In this document: positions 29,372 to 38,876 of the stretch, one piece after another
Position numbering within the stretch: position 1 is the stretch's first letter
Layout of the letters: the number at the start of each line of letters is the position of its first letter
Virus record (IMG/VR): IMGVR_UViG_3300044723_007969
Length of the DNA stretch: 64,000 nt
Strand: one strand, 5' to 3'
DNA from: a virus
Taxonomy: Duplodnaviria > Caudoviricetes
The notes under the pieces: generated by a model
The model's database searches: none
Told to the model about the DNA's origin: nothing
The model's input: only the letters and a program-made list of their open reading frames with translations
Translations under genes and position numbers: made by a program

Positions 29372-30541
29372 ATGCCAAGATTATCCATTTTCAAGCCTGA
29401 AAAGGGCAATGACTACAAATTCTTCGATCGTAACATCAGAGAGATGTTCACGGTGGGAGGAACAGACCTACATTTCCACAAATACCTCGGACCATACGAC
29501 CAAGGTGACACAAACAAGGATGGACCAGCATCACCAAGTCAACCCAGAGTAACAGGTTCAGATTTGAACGAAACAACAATACAAGATCTATTATTTTTAG
29601 AGAACAGAGATAGAAAATATGGAGACGATGTGTATGTTGTTAGGGGAATATACAACGTGCAAGATCAAGATTTCAACTTATCGCAGTTTGGAATGTTCCT
29701 GCAGAACGATACACTATTTTTAACCGTACATCTTAATGATATAGTGGAAAGAATAGGCAGGAAACCAATGTCGGGTGATGTAATAGAATTCCCCCACATG
29801 AAGGAAGATTACTCATTGGACGAAAGCATACCAATTGCACTGAAAAGATACTATGTTGTGGAGGATGTGAATAGGGCGGCAGAAGGATTTTCTCCAACTT
29901 GGTGGCCACACCTATTGAGATTGAAGATGAAGACCCTAGTAGATTCACAAGAATTCAGAGATGTAATCGGAGACGCAACAACAGAAGGATCGCTGGCAAG
30001 TTATATGTCAACTTTCAACAAAGAAAAAACAATCAACGATCAGATTGTTGCACAGGCAGAACAAGATTCTCCAAAAGCAGGATTTAATTACAAACAATAT
30101 TATGTTGCACCTATAGACGAAAGAGGAAACATCAGGACAGAGAATGTCAATACAGAAAGTCAAAGGGCAAGTAGCTCTACAACAGTGAATGCAACAATAG
30201 ACACACCTGCAAGTTCGCACTATGGATTCTACTTGGATGGTGACGGTGTTGCCCCTAATGGTAATCCTGCAGGGTTTGGTATATCGTTCCCGACAACAGG
30301 AGTTGACAAAGGAGATTACTTCTTGAGAACTGATTATCTACCAAACAGATTGTTCCGATATGACGGCAACAGATGGATTAAGATAGAGGACAGTGTGAGA
30401 ATAACTACAACAAACAATGATTCAAGAGGAAACTACAAAACAAGTTTTGTAAACAACGCAACAGAATCTACTATCAATGGCTTGACAGTCAAACAGAGAC
30501 AATCATTGACAGATGCATTGAAACCAAAGGCTGACAATTAA
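29372..30541 (+). CDS. gp14: neck protein gp14-like
   Basis: IQDLLFLENRDRKY, LSQFGMFLQND and GRKPMSGDVIEFPH; sits between gp13 and gp15. Confidence 0.75.
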   Translation: MPRLSIFKPEKGNDYKFFDRNIREMFTVGGTDLHFHKYLGPYDQGDTNKDGPASPSQPRVTGSDLNETTIQDLLFLENRDRKYGDDVYVVRGIYNVQDQDFNLSQFGMFLQNDTLFLTVHLNDIVERIGRKPMSGDVIEFPHMKEDYSLDESIPIALKRYYVVEDVNRAAEGFSPTWWPHLLRLKMKTLVDSQEFRDVIGDATTEGSLASYMSTFNKEKTINDQIVAQAEQDSPKAGFNYKQYYVAPIDERGNIRTENVNTESQRASSSTTVNATIDTPASSHYGFYLDGDGVAPNGNPAGFGISFPTTGVDKGDYFLRTDYLPNRLFRYDGNRWIKIEDSVRITTTNNDSRGNYKTSFVNNATESTINGLTVKQRQSLTDALKPKADN

Positions 30542-30543
30542 GA

Positions 30544-31986
30544 ATGTTACACTTTTACGAAGGACAGGTTAGAAAATTCCTTACTCAATTCATTAGGATA
30601 TTGAGTAACTTCTCCGTGGAGACCGGCAAGGGCAGTGATGGATCAGTGTCACTGAGGGCAGTACCTGTTGTGTATGGAGATCCCACGAGACAGGTTGCAA
30701 ACATAATAAGGAATAACAGCGAAAACGCATTACAATATGCTCCAAGAATTGCTTGTTATGTCAGAGAATTAAATTACGATAGGGAAAGAATGCAAAATCC
30801 TTATCATATCGAAAAACAACATTTGAAAGAAAGAAAAATTGACAGCGACGGAAATTATACCAATGAATTGGGTGCCGGTTACACTGTTGAGAAAGTGATG
30901 CCTTCACCTTTTAGACTAGAAGTATCAGCAGACATATGGAGTTCAAACACAGATCAAAAATTACAGATAATGGAGCAAATACTTTACTTGTTCAACCCTG
31001 ACTTCGAGATACAGAAAACTGACAACTACATTGACTGGACAAGTTTAAGTTATGTTGAATTGACAGGCACTACTTTCAGTTCTAGGACAATACCAGTGGG
31101 TGCAGACACAGAAATAGATGTTGCGACACTAACCTTCTCCATGCCTATTTGGCTATCACCACCGGTCAAAGTCAAAAAACTAGGTGTGGTACAGAAAATC
31201 ATAATGAGCATATACGACGACGATGGAGGTATAGCAAAAGGTTTGATAGACGGCGAGTTGACTTCAAGAAGTTACATAACACCAAACAACTTTGGATTGT
31301 TAGTGACAGGAAATCAATTGAGACTGCTGGGTACGACAGGTACCAGTGTCAAGTCAGGTGGAGATGGGTTCCATACAGGTGCCAATGCTCCTTCGAATCT
31401 CGATCCATTTGAAACATTTGGACCTGCTGTGAATTGGAAAACATTACTTGACCAGTACGGCAAGGTCACAAATGGAACGTCACAGATAAGGTTGATGCAA
31501 CCAAACGGAAATGAGATCATAGGTACAATAGCAACCTCAACACTAGATGACACTATATTACTTTACACAATAGATCAGGACACTGTACCAAATAATACAC
31601 TAACGGGTGTTAAAAAGATCATAAATCCTGCAACATTTGATCCAGGTACTCCAGTAAACGGAGACAGGTATCTCGTGATCAACGATGTTGGAGATAGCAC
31701 AGCAAGTTTCCAAAGTGCCACTTGGGGTACACTTGTAGCCAGCGTTGGCGACATTATAGAATATAACAGTGCAACAAGCAAATGGAATGTGGCCTTTGAT
31801 GCTTCTAACCCAGATTCAACACAACATTATCTTACCAATCTTAACACAGGCATACAGTACAGATTCAACGGAACGGAATGGGTCAAATCGTATGAGGGTG
31901 TGTACACACAGGGTAATTGGAGTATTGTTTTAGATGGCGGCGCAAGTCCTGGATACAATTCAAGCCTTGACGCTACTACTCCTTAA
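30544..31986 (+). CDS. gp15: tail sheath stabilizer/terminator gp15-like with C-terminal extension
   Basis: HFYEGQVRKFLTQF, VPVVYGD and QIMEQILYLFNP motifs. Confidence 0.85.
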   Translation: MLHFYEGQVRKFLTQFIRILSNFSVETGKGSDGSVSLRAVPVVYGDPTRQVANIIRNNSENALQYAPRIACYVRELNYDRERMQNPYHIEKQHLKERKIDSDGNYTNELGAGYTVEKVMPSPFRLEVSADIWSSNTDQKLQIMEQILYLFNPDFEIQKTDNYIDWTSLSYVELTGTTFSSRTIPVGADTEIDVATLTFSMPIWLSPPVKVKKLGVVQKIIMSIYDDDGGIAKGLIDGELTSRSYITPNNFGLLVTGNQLRLLGTTGTSVKSGGDGFHTGANAPSNLDPFETFGPAVNWKTLLDQYGKVTNGTSQIRLMQPNGNEIIGTIATSTLDDTILLYTIDQDTVPNNTLTGVKKIINPATFDPGTPVNGDRYLVINDVGDSTASFQSATWGTLVASVGDIIEYNSATSKWNVAFDASNPDSTQHYLTNLNTGIQYRFNGTEWVKSYEGVYTQGNWSIVLDGGASPGYNSSLDATTP

Positions 31987-32001
31987 TTGTTATAATAACT
32001 T

Positions 32002-32430
32002 ATGAAAGATAACATAGTTTGTTCTGGAGCCATGTTCTACGCCACCAGCACCAAACGTTTCCTTTTCCTACAGAGGACTGATAAGAAAACACAAGGCATG
32101 TGGGGATTGGTTGGTGGTAAAAGTAAATTCACAGAGAGTGCCTTCGAAGGACTTAAACGTGAGATTGAAGAAGAGACGGGTAGTGTACCCAAGTTCAAGA
32201 AAGTGATACCTCTGGAGATGTTCACATCAAACGATCAGAAGTTCTTCTTCCATACATACCTCGTAGCCATAGAGTCAGAATTCATACCCAAATTGAACAC
32301 GGAACACTCAGGATACTGTTGGACCGCTTTCGAATGTTGGCCCAAGAACCTACACATGGGACTGAGGAACACCCTCAACAATAAAAGTATAAAAGGTAAG
32401 TTACAGACTATATTAGATTTAATAGTTTAA
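32002..32430 (+). CDS. NUDIX hydrolase
   Basis: Nudix box GGKSKFTESAFEGLKREIEEETG. Confidence 0.9.
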   Translation: MKDNIVCSGAMFYATSTKRFLFLQRTDKKTQGMWGLVGGKSKFTESAFEGLKREIEEETGSVPKFKKVIPLEMFTSNDQKFFFHTYLVAIESEFIPKLNTEHSGYCWTAFECWPKNLHMGLRNTLNNKSIKGKLQTILDLIV

Positions 32431-32990
32431 AGCCTTCCGATCACAACCTGTATCACGCCCTCGTCGTTTGTGGTTTTATCTTCGACGCTTTTTCCTATTA
32501 TTGTGCCTGCTGGTGGATCTGTGTCTTCTGTCCATGCCCGTGCATGTCCTGGAGTGGTGCTTGAAACCATCATATCTCCCTTTGAGACTGTGCCTATAAC
32601 TTTTGTTGGTACTCTTCCCAATAACGCTATTGGCGGATGAAATTCATTTAACATTTCCGGTTGCCTGTGTGGACTGTTCATCACTGTGTAGGGATCTGTC
32701 GACAACACACCTGCCACTCGCTTGTCAGCATCGCTTGTTGATTCTGTTATTTCTTTTTCTCCTCCGAAACTCACTACAGTGCCTGGTTCGTATACAGCGT
32801 CTGCGTGGTAGCGTTCAGCCACGTCGGCGTATTTTGCCTCTCTCGCAACAGTTTCAAATCCACCTGCTGTGGAGTTGTCATGAATTCTTAAAGCATCATT
32901 GGTTGTGTCTATTGTGACTTCTCCCAACGCACCTGTGAACGCATCGTTCTGTGAGCTGGTCCCTCTTCTAAATTGTAATGTTGTTGGCAT
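32427..32990 (-). CDS. short fibre/decoration protein with C-terminal peptidase G2/IMC-like domain
   Basis: LQFRRGT...GEVTIDT N-terminal module; YADVAERY..EPGTVV and GRVPTKV C-terminal module. Confidence 0.7.
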   Translation of the reverse strand: MPTTLQFRRGTSSQNDAFTGALGEVTIDTTNDALRIHDNSTAGGFETVAREAKYADVAERYHADAVYEPGTVVSFGGEKEITESTSDADKRVAGVLSTDPYTVMNSPHRQPEMLNEFHPPIALLGRVPTKVIGTVSKGDMMVSSTTPGHARAWTEDTDPPAGTIIGKSVEDKTTNDEGVIQVVIGRL

Positions 32991-33014
32991 AGTTTTCTCT
33001 CCTCGTATTTATTG

Positions 33015-34640
33015 TTATGCTCCCACGTAGGCCTCGTCCGCACCCAGATCTGTTGTCTCTGTGGTGCCGATCGGGTCCATCATGTCAAATACTGTACCCA
33101 AGTTTACACCAAATGCATCAGTACCACCTGTTTCAAACGGGGTCTCCGCGGTGTCCTGTGCGGCGTTCTTGGCCAGGTCATAGTTGCTATCTGAGCCCGG
33201 CATCGTGGATATCGTGGAATTGGGATAACTTGACCCGGATCCTCCTCCTCCACCGTCCGCCCATGATAGCACACCCGCACCGTTCGTTGATAAGACCTGT
33301 CCGGACGTGCCCGCGCCGTCGGGCAGTGTGAGTATGGTGTTCGATGTGACGGTTCCTGGAGCCCTCAAGGCAATGTACTGTCCACCCGCGGTGTCCTGTA
33401 ATCTCAACTGGCCCTGTGCCAGCACGTCTATCTGAGTGTTGATCTGCGGTGATGTTAAGGTCTTGTTCGTTAGTGTCTCTGCGCCTGTCAATGTTGCTAA
33501 TGCAGATGCTTCTACACCATCAACTGTGTCGGCATCCAGACCCGATCCCGTGCCATCCACGGTCTTGATCGCGGTCAGTATCTCTGATGCAGATTGATCT
33601 GCTGTCGCACTACTTTCAATGCCTGATAATTTTGTTTTCTCTGCGTCTGTAAAAGCGTTTGTATCAGAATTATTTTCATAAGCAGTTTTAATTTCTGCAT
33701 CAGTTTGATCAGCAGTCGCACTACTTTCAATACCGTCTAATTTAGTACCATCCGTGGCCACGTCCCTGCCATCCACCGTGCCGGTCACCGTGATGTTGCC
33801 GGTCACTGACAGTGCGTTGTTGGCCACCACCTGTCCGCTGAAAGTGGCCGAGGTGTCGTTGATGACTAGTTCGGCGTTGCCGTCTGCCGTCACTGTGATC
33901 GTTCCATCGGAACCTGTGTCTGTGACTGCTACTGAAGAATTTCCTTGTGTTATTGAAGTTGTAGAAACCGCCGCTATAGAATCGTCCACATATTTCTTTG
34001 TGGAAGCATCTGTGTCGGCCACCGGTTCGTTTAAAACCACAGCAGTGGATTCGTAGTCGTTAGCGATGCTGGTGTGTTGCTTACCCCTACCCGCCTTCTT
34101 TTTTAATACCTTCAGTGAGTTGTTTCCTGAGTCTGCGGACAGAGCCAGGTCACCTAGGTATATGGTCGAACCCGTCACGTACAAGGCCGCCCATTGTGAA
34201 GTGGGTGAACCTAGAGTGTATGTGTCATCGGCACGTGGGATTATATTTCCGCCCATGTCTATGTTGTCATTGATCTGTATAGCAGAGGAGTCGTCTGATG
34301 ATAAAGTGTTCACTACAAGTTCTGCCTGTGCCACTATCTTGCCTGTGCCATTTGGATCCAACACGAGGTTGGCGTTGCTTGGTGACTGCAAGGTCGATCC
34401 CACAGCAGTCAAGTCGCCTAGTGTGGCCGGCACATTTGTGAGTGCAGAACCATCGCCGGAGAATGATGTGGCCGTCACCGAACCGTTTACGTGTAAAGTT
34501 GATGTGGGTTCAGAAGTACCAATACCCACACGACTGTTCGTGACGTCGAGATACAGTAGGTTTGTTTCAAATGCTAGGTCGACTCCGTTCCTGGTCAGAT
34601 TGGACTTTAGGACCGACCCTGATATACGACCTATGGCCAT
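33015..34640 (-). CDS. fibre/structural protein (MAIGR family)
   Basis: MAIGRISG N-terminus, RVGIGT, DASTKKYVD and GQVLSTNG modules. Confidence 0.75.
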   Translation of the reverse strand: MAIGRISGSVLKSNLTRNGVDLAFETNLLYLDVTNSRVGIGTSEPTSTLHVNGSVTATSFSGDGSALTNVPATLGDLTAVGSTLQSPSNANLVLDPNGTGKIVAQAELVVNTLSSDDSSAIQINDNIDMGGNIIPRADDTYTLGSPTSQWAALYVTGSTIYLGDLALSADSGNNSLKVLKKKAGRGKQHTSIANDYESTAVVLNEPVADTDASTKKYVDDSIAAVSTTSITQGNSSVAVTDTGSDGTITVTADGNAELVINDTSATFSGQVVANNALSVTGNITVTGTVDGRDVATDGTKLDGIESSATADQTDAEIKTAYENNSDTNAFTDAEKTKLSGIESSATADQSASEILTAIKTVDGTGSGLDADTVDGVEASALATLTGAETLTNKTLTSPQINTQIDVLAQGQLRLQDTAGGQYIALRAPGTVTSNTILTLPDGAGTSGQVLSTNGAGVLSWADGGGGGSGSSYPNSTISTMPGSDSNYDLAKNAAQDTAETPFETGGTDAFGVNLGTVFDMMDPIGTTETTDLGADEAYVGA

Positions 34641-34735
34641 ACCTGGTACTCCTTATAATTGTGTTAGTGCAACATATGTCACACACGGTCTAGATATCAT
34701 TGCCGACCGACAGCAGTATAGGTATTTATACGCCT

Positions 34736-34766
34736 AAAAAAAAAGGCGATCCGAAGACCGCCTTTT
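34736..34766 (-). terminator. intrinsic terminator
   Basis: GGCGGTC-TTCG-GATCGCC followed by a long U tract. Confidence 0.85.
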
Positions 34767-34793
34767 GATTCTACTAAAAAGTATGAGTATTTA

Positions 34794-35786
34794 CTAGTGG
34801 CTGACTCTCACTGCCGCTAATACTGATCCATTACCACTTGTTGTTTTGCTTGTAAGAGCTCTACCAATCACGTTGAATGCTGTGCATTCTGATTTCTGAG
34901 CCGCTTTAGCATAACCTGGTACTGATGCAGAAATAAGTCTGTCACCTTTGTTTACTGTACCAATAACTTTTACGTCAACTCTACCCGTCATTGCGATGTA
35001 AGGGTGAGTATCGTCTGAACCTGCGCCACCATTCATTTTGAATGCCGCTTGGTGTTCACCAGATACAACACCAAACACTTCGTCTGATGCTTCTTCGTTC
35101 ACTTTGCAAATTTCTTCTGCTCCGCCTAGTGCTACAACTGTTCCCGGTGCTAATACTTCATTCGCCGCAAATCTTTCTGCTACGTCTGAGTATTGTGCCG
35201 CTGTTGCTGTTCCTGTCAAGTTGGCTACTAGTGTTCCTACTGCGGAAAGAGTCAAGTCACCTGTACTTGCACCTGTTGCCGTTGTTGTTCCTAGTGTGAA
35301 CGTGTCTGCTGACTCGTCCCACATAAACACAGCATTGTCACCAGTTGATCCTCTTTCAAATACAAAACCAAGGTCGTTAGCGTTTGAGCCAGCGCCTGTG
35401 TTTAATTCGATAAGTGGGTCAGCATGAGTGGTAACAGTTGACGCAATCGTGGTCGTCGTACCGTTTACAGTTAAGTCTCCTGTCACTACAACGTTACCTG
35501 AGAACGTTGCTGACGTGTCATTTAAAACAAGTTCGTTGTTACCGTCTGCCGCCATGGTAATCGTTCCGTTTGTTCCTGTGTCAGTTACTGTGATCGATGT
35601 GTTTAATTGTGAAATACTGTTTTGTGATAGACCCGCTAGTGAGTCGTCCACATATTTCTTGTTGGCCACGTCACCGTCTGCCGATGGTGCCGCCGTCGCC
35701 ATTCCTGTTATGGTGTTCGCACTTGCTGATATTACTATATCACCAACTGAAATACCGTTGTGTACTCTAAAGTTTCTTGTTGTCAT
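34794..35786 (-). CDS. fibre/structural protein with C-terminal G2/IMC-like domain
   Basis: ANKKYVDD, GDLTVNGTTTTI and AQYSDVAERF modules. Confidence 0.75.
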   Translation of the reverse strand: MTTRNFRVHNGISVGDIVISASANTITGMATAAPSADGDVANKKYVDDSLAGLSQNSISQLNTSITVTDTGTNGTITMAADGNNELVLNDTSATFSGNVVVTGDLTVNGTTTTIASTVTTHADPLIELNTGAGSNANDLGFVFERGSTGDNAVFMWDESADTFTLGTTTATGASTGDLTLSAVGTLVANLTGTATAAQYSDVAERFAANEVLAPGTVVALGGAEEICKVNEEASDEVFGVVSGEHQAAFKMNGGAGSDDTHPYIAMTGRVDVKVIGTVNKGDRLISASVPGYAKAAQKSECTAFNVIGRALTSKTTSGNGSVLAAVRVSH

Positions 35787-35834
35787 GGTTCCTATATCTC
35801 CCGCATGATTGTGTTTGATTTAATGATGAGCCGT

Positions 35835-35876
35835 AAAAAAACGCCCCAACAGTAGTATTTACCAATTGGGGCGTTT
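35835..35876 (-). terminator. intrinsic terminator whose loop contains a TAAATA late promoter
   Basis: AAACGCCCCAA...TTGGGGCGTTT followed by a U tract; TAAATA at 35856-35861. Confidence 0.7.
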
Positions 35877-35906
35877 AAAATTATCTCTAAGGTTTAGTTT
35901 TGCCTA

Positions 35907-37889
35907 CTACACTGCCGCTAATGAGTACTGTACTTTAGCCGCTGTTACGCCACCTGTGCTCTGTGCTTTAACTTCTACAGTACCACTGTTGTAGTTTGCA
36001 GTAATTGTCGCTAAATCACTTGATCCAGTGTTCGTAATACCGTACACTGTAATGAATGCAGTTGTACCGTCGTGTACCACTGTACCTTTCATTGCCGCGT
36101 ATTCTGTGTTTGCTGTGTCTGTTAACTGAATGAATATCTCAGCACTTCTGTAAGAAGAAGCGTTGAATGTCATTATGCTAGTTGCAGTTGATGTGAAGTT
36201 AACTGAACTCGTCTCAGATCTCGCAACACCACCTGTCACTAACGAAGTGTTGTCAGCACCCGTGATCGCAAAAATCCTTGCCGCACTGTGTGGGGCAGAA
36301 GTGAATGTGATGTTGGTACCTGATACTGTGTAGTTCTCAGTTGGTTCTTGGAACACGTTGTCGATGTAAACGAATACATTGTTCACGTTTTCTGGAGCCG
36401 ATCCAAAGAAACCTGTGAACGTTGTAGTTGATCCATCACCTGTCGCTGTCTCTTTGGTGAAAGTTGGAGCATCACCGGCAATCGCTATGTTAACAAATGT
36501 TGATCCATCTTGACAACCCTCATACTGTCCAGTCTGTGAGTTAAATCTAATGATACCTGTCGCACCTGTTGGTCTCTGTGATGTTGTACCAATCGGCAAT
36601 CTCCATGCATCAGTTGAACTTGAAGCATCTAAAACATAACCAGGTGTGTTTGTTCCGATACCGATCCTGTCTGTGCTGGCGTCAAGGTAAAGCAGGTTGG
36701 TCTCAGTCTGTCCTGAAAACACTGCGTCATAGTCTCCAAGACCACTGTTGTAGGTGAATGTTCCACCGTTGACTACTAGGTTGGTTGACACTGTCACAAC
36801 ACCGGTCGAGTCAGCGATTGCGATCGCCGCTGTGCCATCATTTGCTTTTACAGTGCTTGTCTGTAGGTCTGAAGTGATGATGTCTGCTGTTGTTGTTATG
36901 TTACCAGTAGAGTCTGCGATAGTCATTGACAATGTGCCGTCCGCGGCAGAAACTGTACCAGTTTCTGTGTCTACAAATGTAGCCACGTTGGCTCTTAAAG
37001 AAGCATAACTGTCGATAGTCACGTTACCTGCTGTGGTTCCATCCTCACCTGATGTGACCGCGAAAGCGAATTGGTCCGCTGATTCGTCCCAGATGAATGA
37101 AACGTTGTCGTCCGATCCTCTGTTGAAGAATAGACCTTGGTCGAACGTGTTGCCCGCTCCGCCTGAGTTGTTCTTCGCTAATGTTAATAGCGGATCTTCG
37201 ATAACCAGCGTCTGTGAGTCAATGGTGGTTGTGGTACCGTTTACAGTAAGGTCACCACCTATTGTGGCGTTTCCTGTGGTTGTCACTGTGGTGAAAGCAC
37301 CAGTTGATGCTGAATTGGCACCGATCGCTGTTCCGTCGATTTCACCAGACGCTACGTTGATCTTTGAAATAACTACCTCACCAGTTCCATCTGGTGTTAT
37401 AGTGATGTCACCGTTTGACACTGTACTTTGGATAGTTGAAGCAGTTGTTGAAATAGTTGTCGTTCCAAGCGTGATTAGTGTATCTTCAATCTTCGCTCTC
37501 TCTGTGCCTGCTATGTCAAATCTGATGATGTCTTCATCCGGATTTTTCTCAACCTGTATTCTTGTATCCTCGTCAGCGTCTTTAAGTGTATCACCTGAAG
37601 CCAGGTTGGCCCAAACATTGTTTGAGTAACCCTCAATAGTGCTAAGTGTACTGTTGTATCTGATCTGTCCGTTTGCCGCTGAACCCGGTCTCTGGGCTGA
37701 TGTTCCTGCCGGAATTGATATAGCATCAGTCGCCGAGATATGTAGTGTGGTTGCCGGCGAAGCCGTTCCAATACCTACTCTACTATTCGTTACGTCTAGT
37801 GCTAATAAGTTTGTTTCAAATGCTAAATCTGTTCCTGACCTTGCCAGATTGGCAGATAACATCTGTCCTGTAATTCGTCCTATTGCCAT
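35907..37889 (-). CDS. fibre/structural protein (MAIGR family)
   Basis: MAIGRITG N-terminus, two GT..QRP modules and a GDGSTTTF/QEPTENY module. Confidence 0.75.
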   Translation of the reverse strand: MAIGRITGQMLSANLARSGTDLAFETNLLALDVTNSRVGIGTASPATTLHISATDAISIPAGTSAQRPGSAANGQIRYNSTLSTIEGYSNNVWANLASGDTLKDADEDTRIQVEKNPDEDIIRFDIAGTERAKIEDTLITLGTTTISTTASTIQSTVSNGDITITPDGTGEVVISKINVASGEIDGTAIGANSASTGAFTTVTTTGNATIGGDLTVNGTTTTIDSQTLVIEDPLLTLAKNNSGGAGNTFDQGLFFNRGSDDNVSFIWDESADQFAFAVTSGEDGTTAGNVTIDSYASLRANVATFVDTETGTVSAADGTLSMTIADSTGNITTTADIITSDLQTSTVKANDGTAAIAIADSTGVVTVSTNLVVNGGTFTYNSGLGDYDAVFSGQTETNLLYLDASTDRIGIGTNTPGYVLDASSSTDAWRLPIGTTSQRPTGATGIIRFNSQTGQYEGCQDGSTFVNIAIAGDAPTFTKETATGDGSTTTFTGFFGSAPENVNNVFVYIDNVFQEPTENYTVSGTNITFTSAPHSAARIFAITGADNTSLVTGGVARSETSSVNFTSTATSIMTFNASSYRSAEIFIQLTDTANTEYAAMKGTVVHDGTTAFITVYGITNTGSSDLATITANYNSGTVEVKAQSTGGVTAAKVQYSLAAV

Positions 37890-37981
37890 TGTGTTTTCCC
37901 CTTATCGATAATTGTTGTCTTGCAAAACTGTAGGTATTTATTTAAAATCCGTATTACGTTGGTGTTAAATACCATAAGACA

Positions 37982-38521
37982 ATGAAAAGTGCGTATATTA
38001 CAGTTATTGGCAGTCTACCCATACGGTTCGATATAGAACAGGCCCGTGCCTTGGGACCAGTGATTGCCTCTGCCAATTCCAACAAGAGCACAACATTTGA
38101 CTATGCCACTGTGAACACCGAGACCAATCTACAGGACATGCTGAACTCTCCCAACTTTCGAGGAGCAGAACTGCTGGTGCCAGAGAAATTATTCAAAAAA
38201 TATGTGTTCTTTGATGGCGTGACCTGCCTGCCGGAGTTCCCAGGGCTCAAAAGTTATGACATAGATCCAGAGAAATGTTCATCACAGACATTGAGTCTGA
38301 TGTTGGCAGTCTATCTCAAACAGACCATAGTTTTCCTATTGGGATATGACATATCTAATCCCACGGAGCTCACGAGATTGAAAAGCATCATGATAGCAAA
38401 TCCCAACACAAAATTCATGTACATATGTGATCCCCCCAGGACGTATCAATTGGATGACCTGGATAATGGATTCTGTGACAACTACATCAAGTTACAGGAG
38501 TTGATTGATAATGCCAGGTAA
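37982..38521 (+). CDS. hypothetical protein, possibly a degenerate Maf/DUF115-like paralog
   Basis: AYITVIGS...VIASAN...SSQTLSLMLA...VFLLGYDI echoes 503..1258 and 51426..52052. Confidence 0.55.
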   Translation: MKSAYITVIGSLPIRFDIEQARALGPVIASANSNKSTTFDYATVNTETNLQDMLNSPNFRGAELLVPEKLFKKYVFFDGVTCLPEFPGLKSYDIDPEKCSSQTLSLMLAVYLKQTIVFLLGYDISNPTELTRLKSIMIANPNTKFMYICDPPRTYQLDDLDNGFCDNYIKLQELIDNAR

Positions 38522-38876
38522 ACCAACAATTTACAGATACAGCGTTAAGTTGATGTGGCCGGCCATGTGTCGTAATCGTAGTGTTGAGATATTGAAGGAT
38601 CGTCCGGATCTCGTTGATCAAATGAACAAGTTCAGGATCAAGATAGACAACGTCTTGAAGATAATATGCAGGAAGAACTTCCAAGTGGATGGCACGTACA
38701 TGATGTCCGGAGTGAGATTATGGTTCGAGTCAGGACAGGACTGTTATGATTTCATAATAAGGCAACCAGAATTTGATTGGGAAGTAAAACCAGAACTGTC
38801 AGTGATGAATACATTGACCAGTCAATTACAAACCTTTGATATTGTTTATACGCCCACTGGCGTGACTATAGATTAA
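38505..38876 (+). CDS. hypothetical protein
   Basis: 123-aa ORF overlapping the end of the previous gene. Confidence 0.6.
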   Translation: MIMPGKPTIYRYSVKLMWPAMCRNRSVEILKDRPDLVDQMNKFRIKIDNVLKIICRKNFQVDGTYMMSGVRLWFESGQDCYDFIIRQPEFDWEVKPELSVMNTLTSQLQTFDIVYTPTGVTID

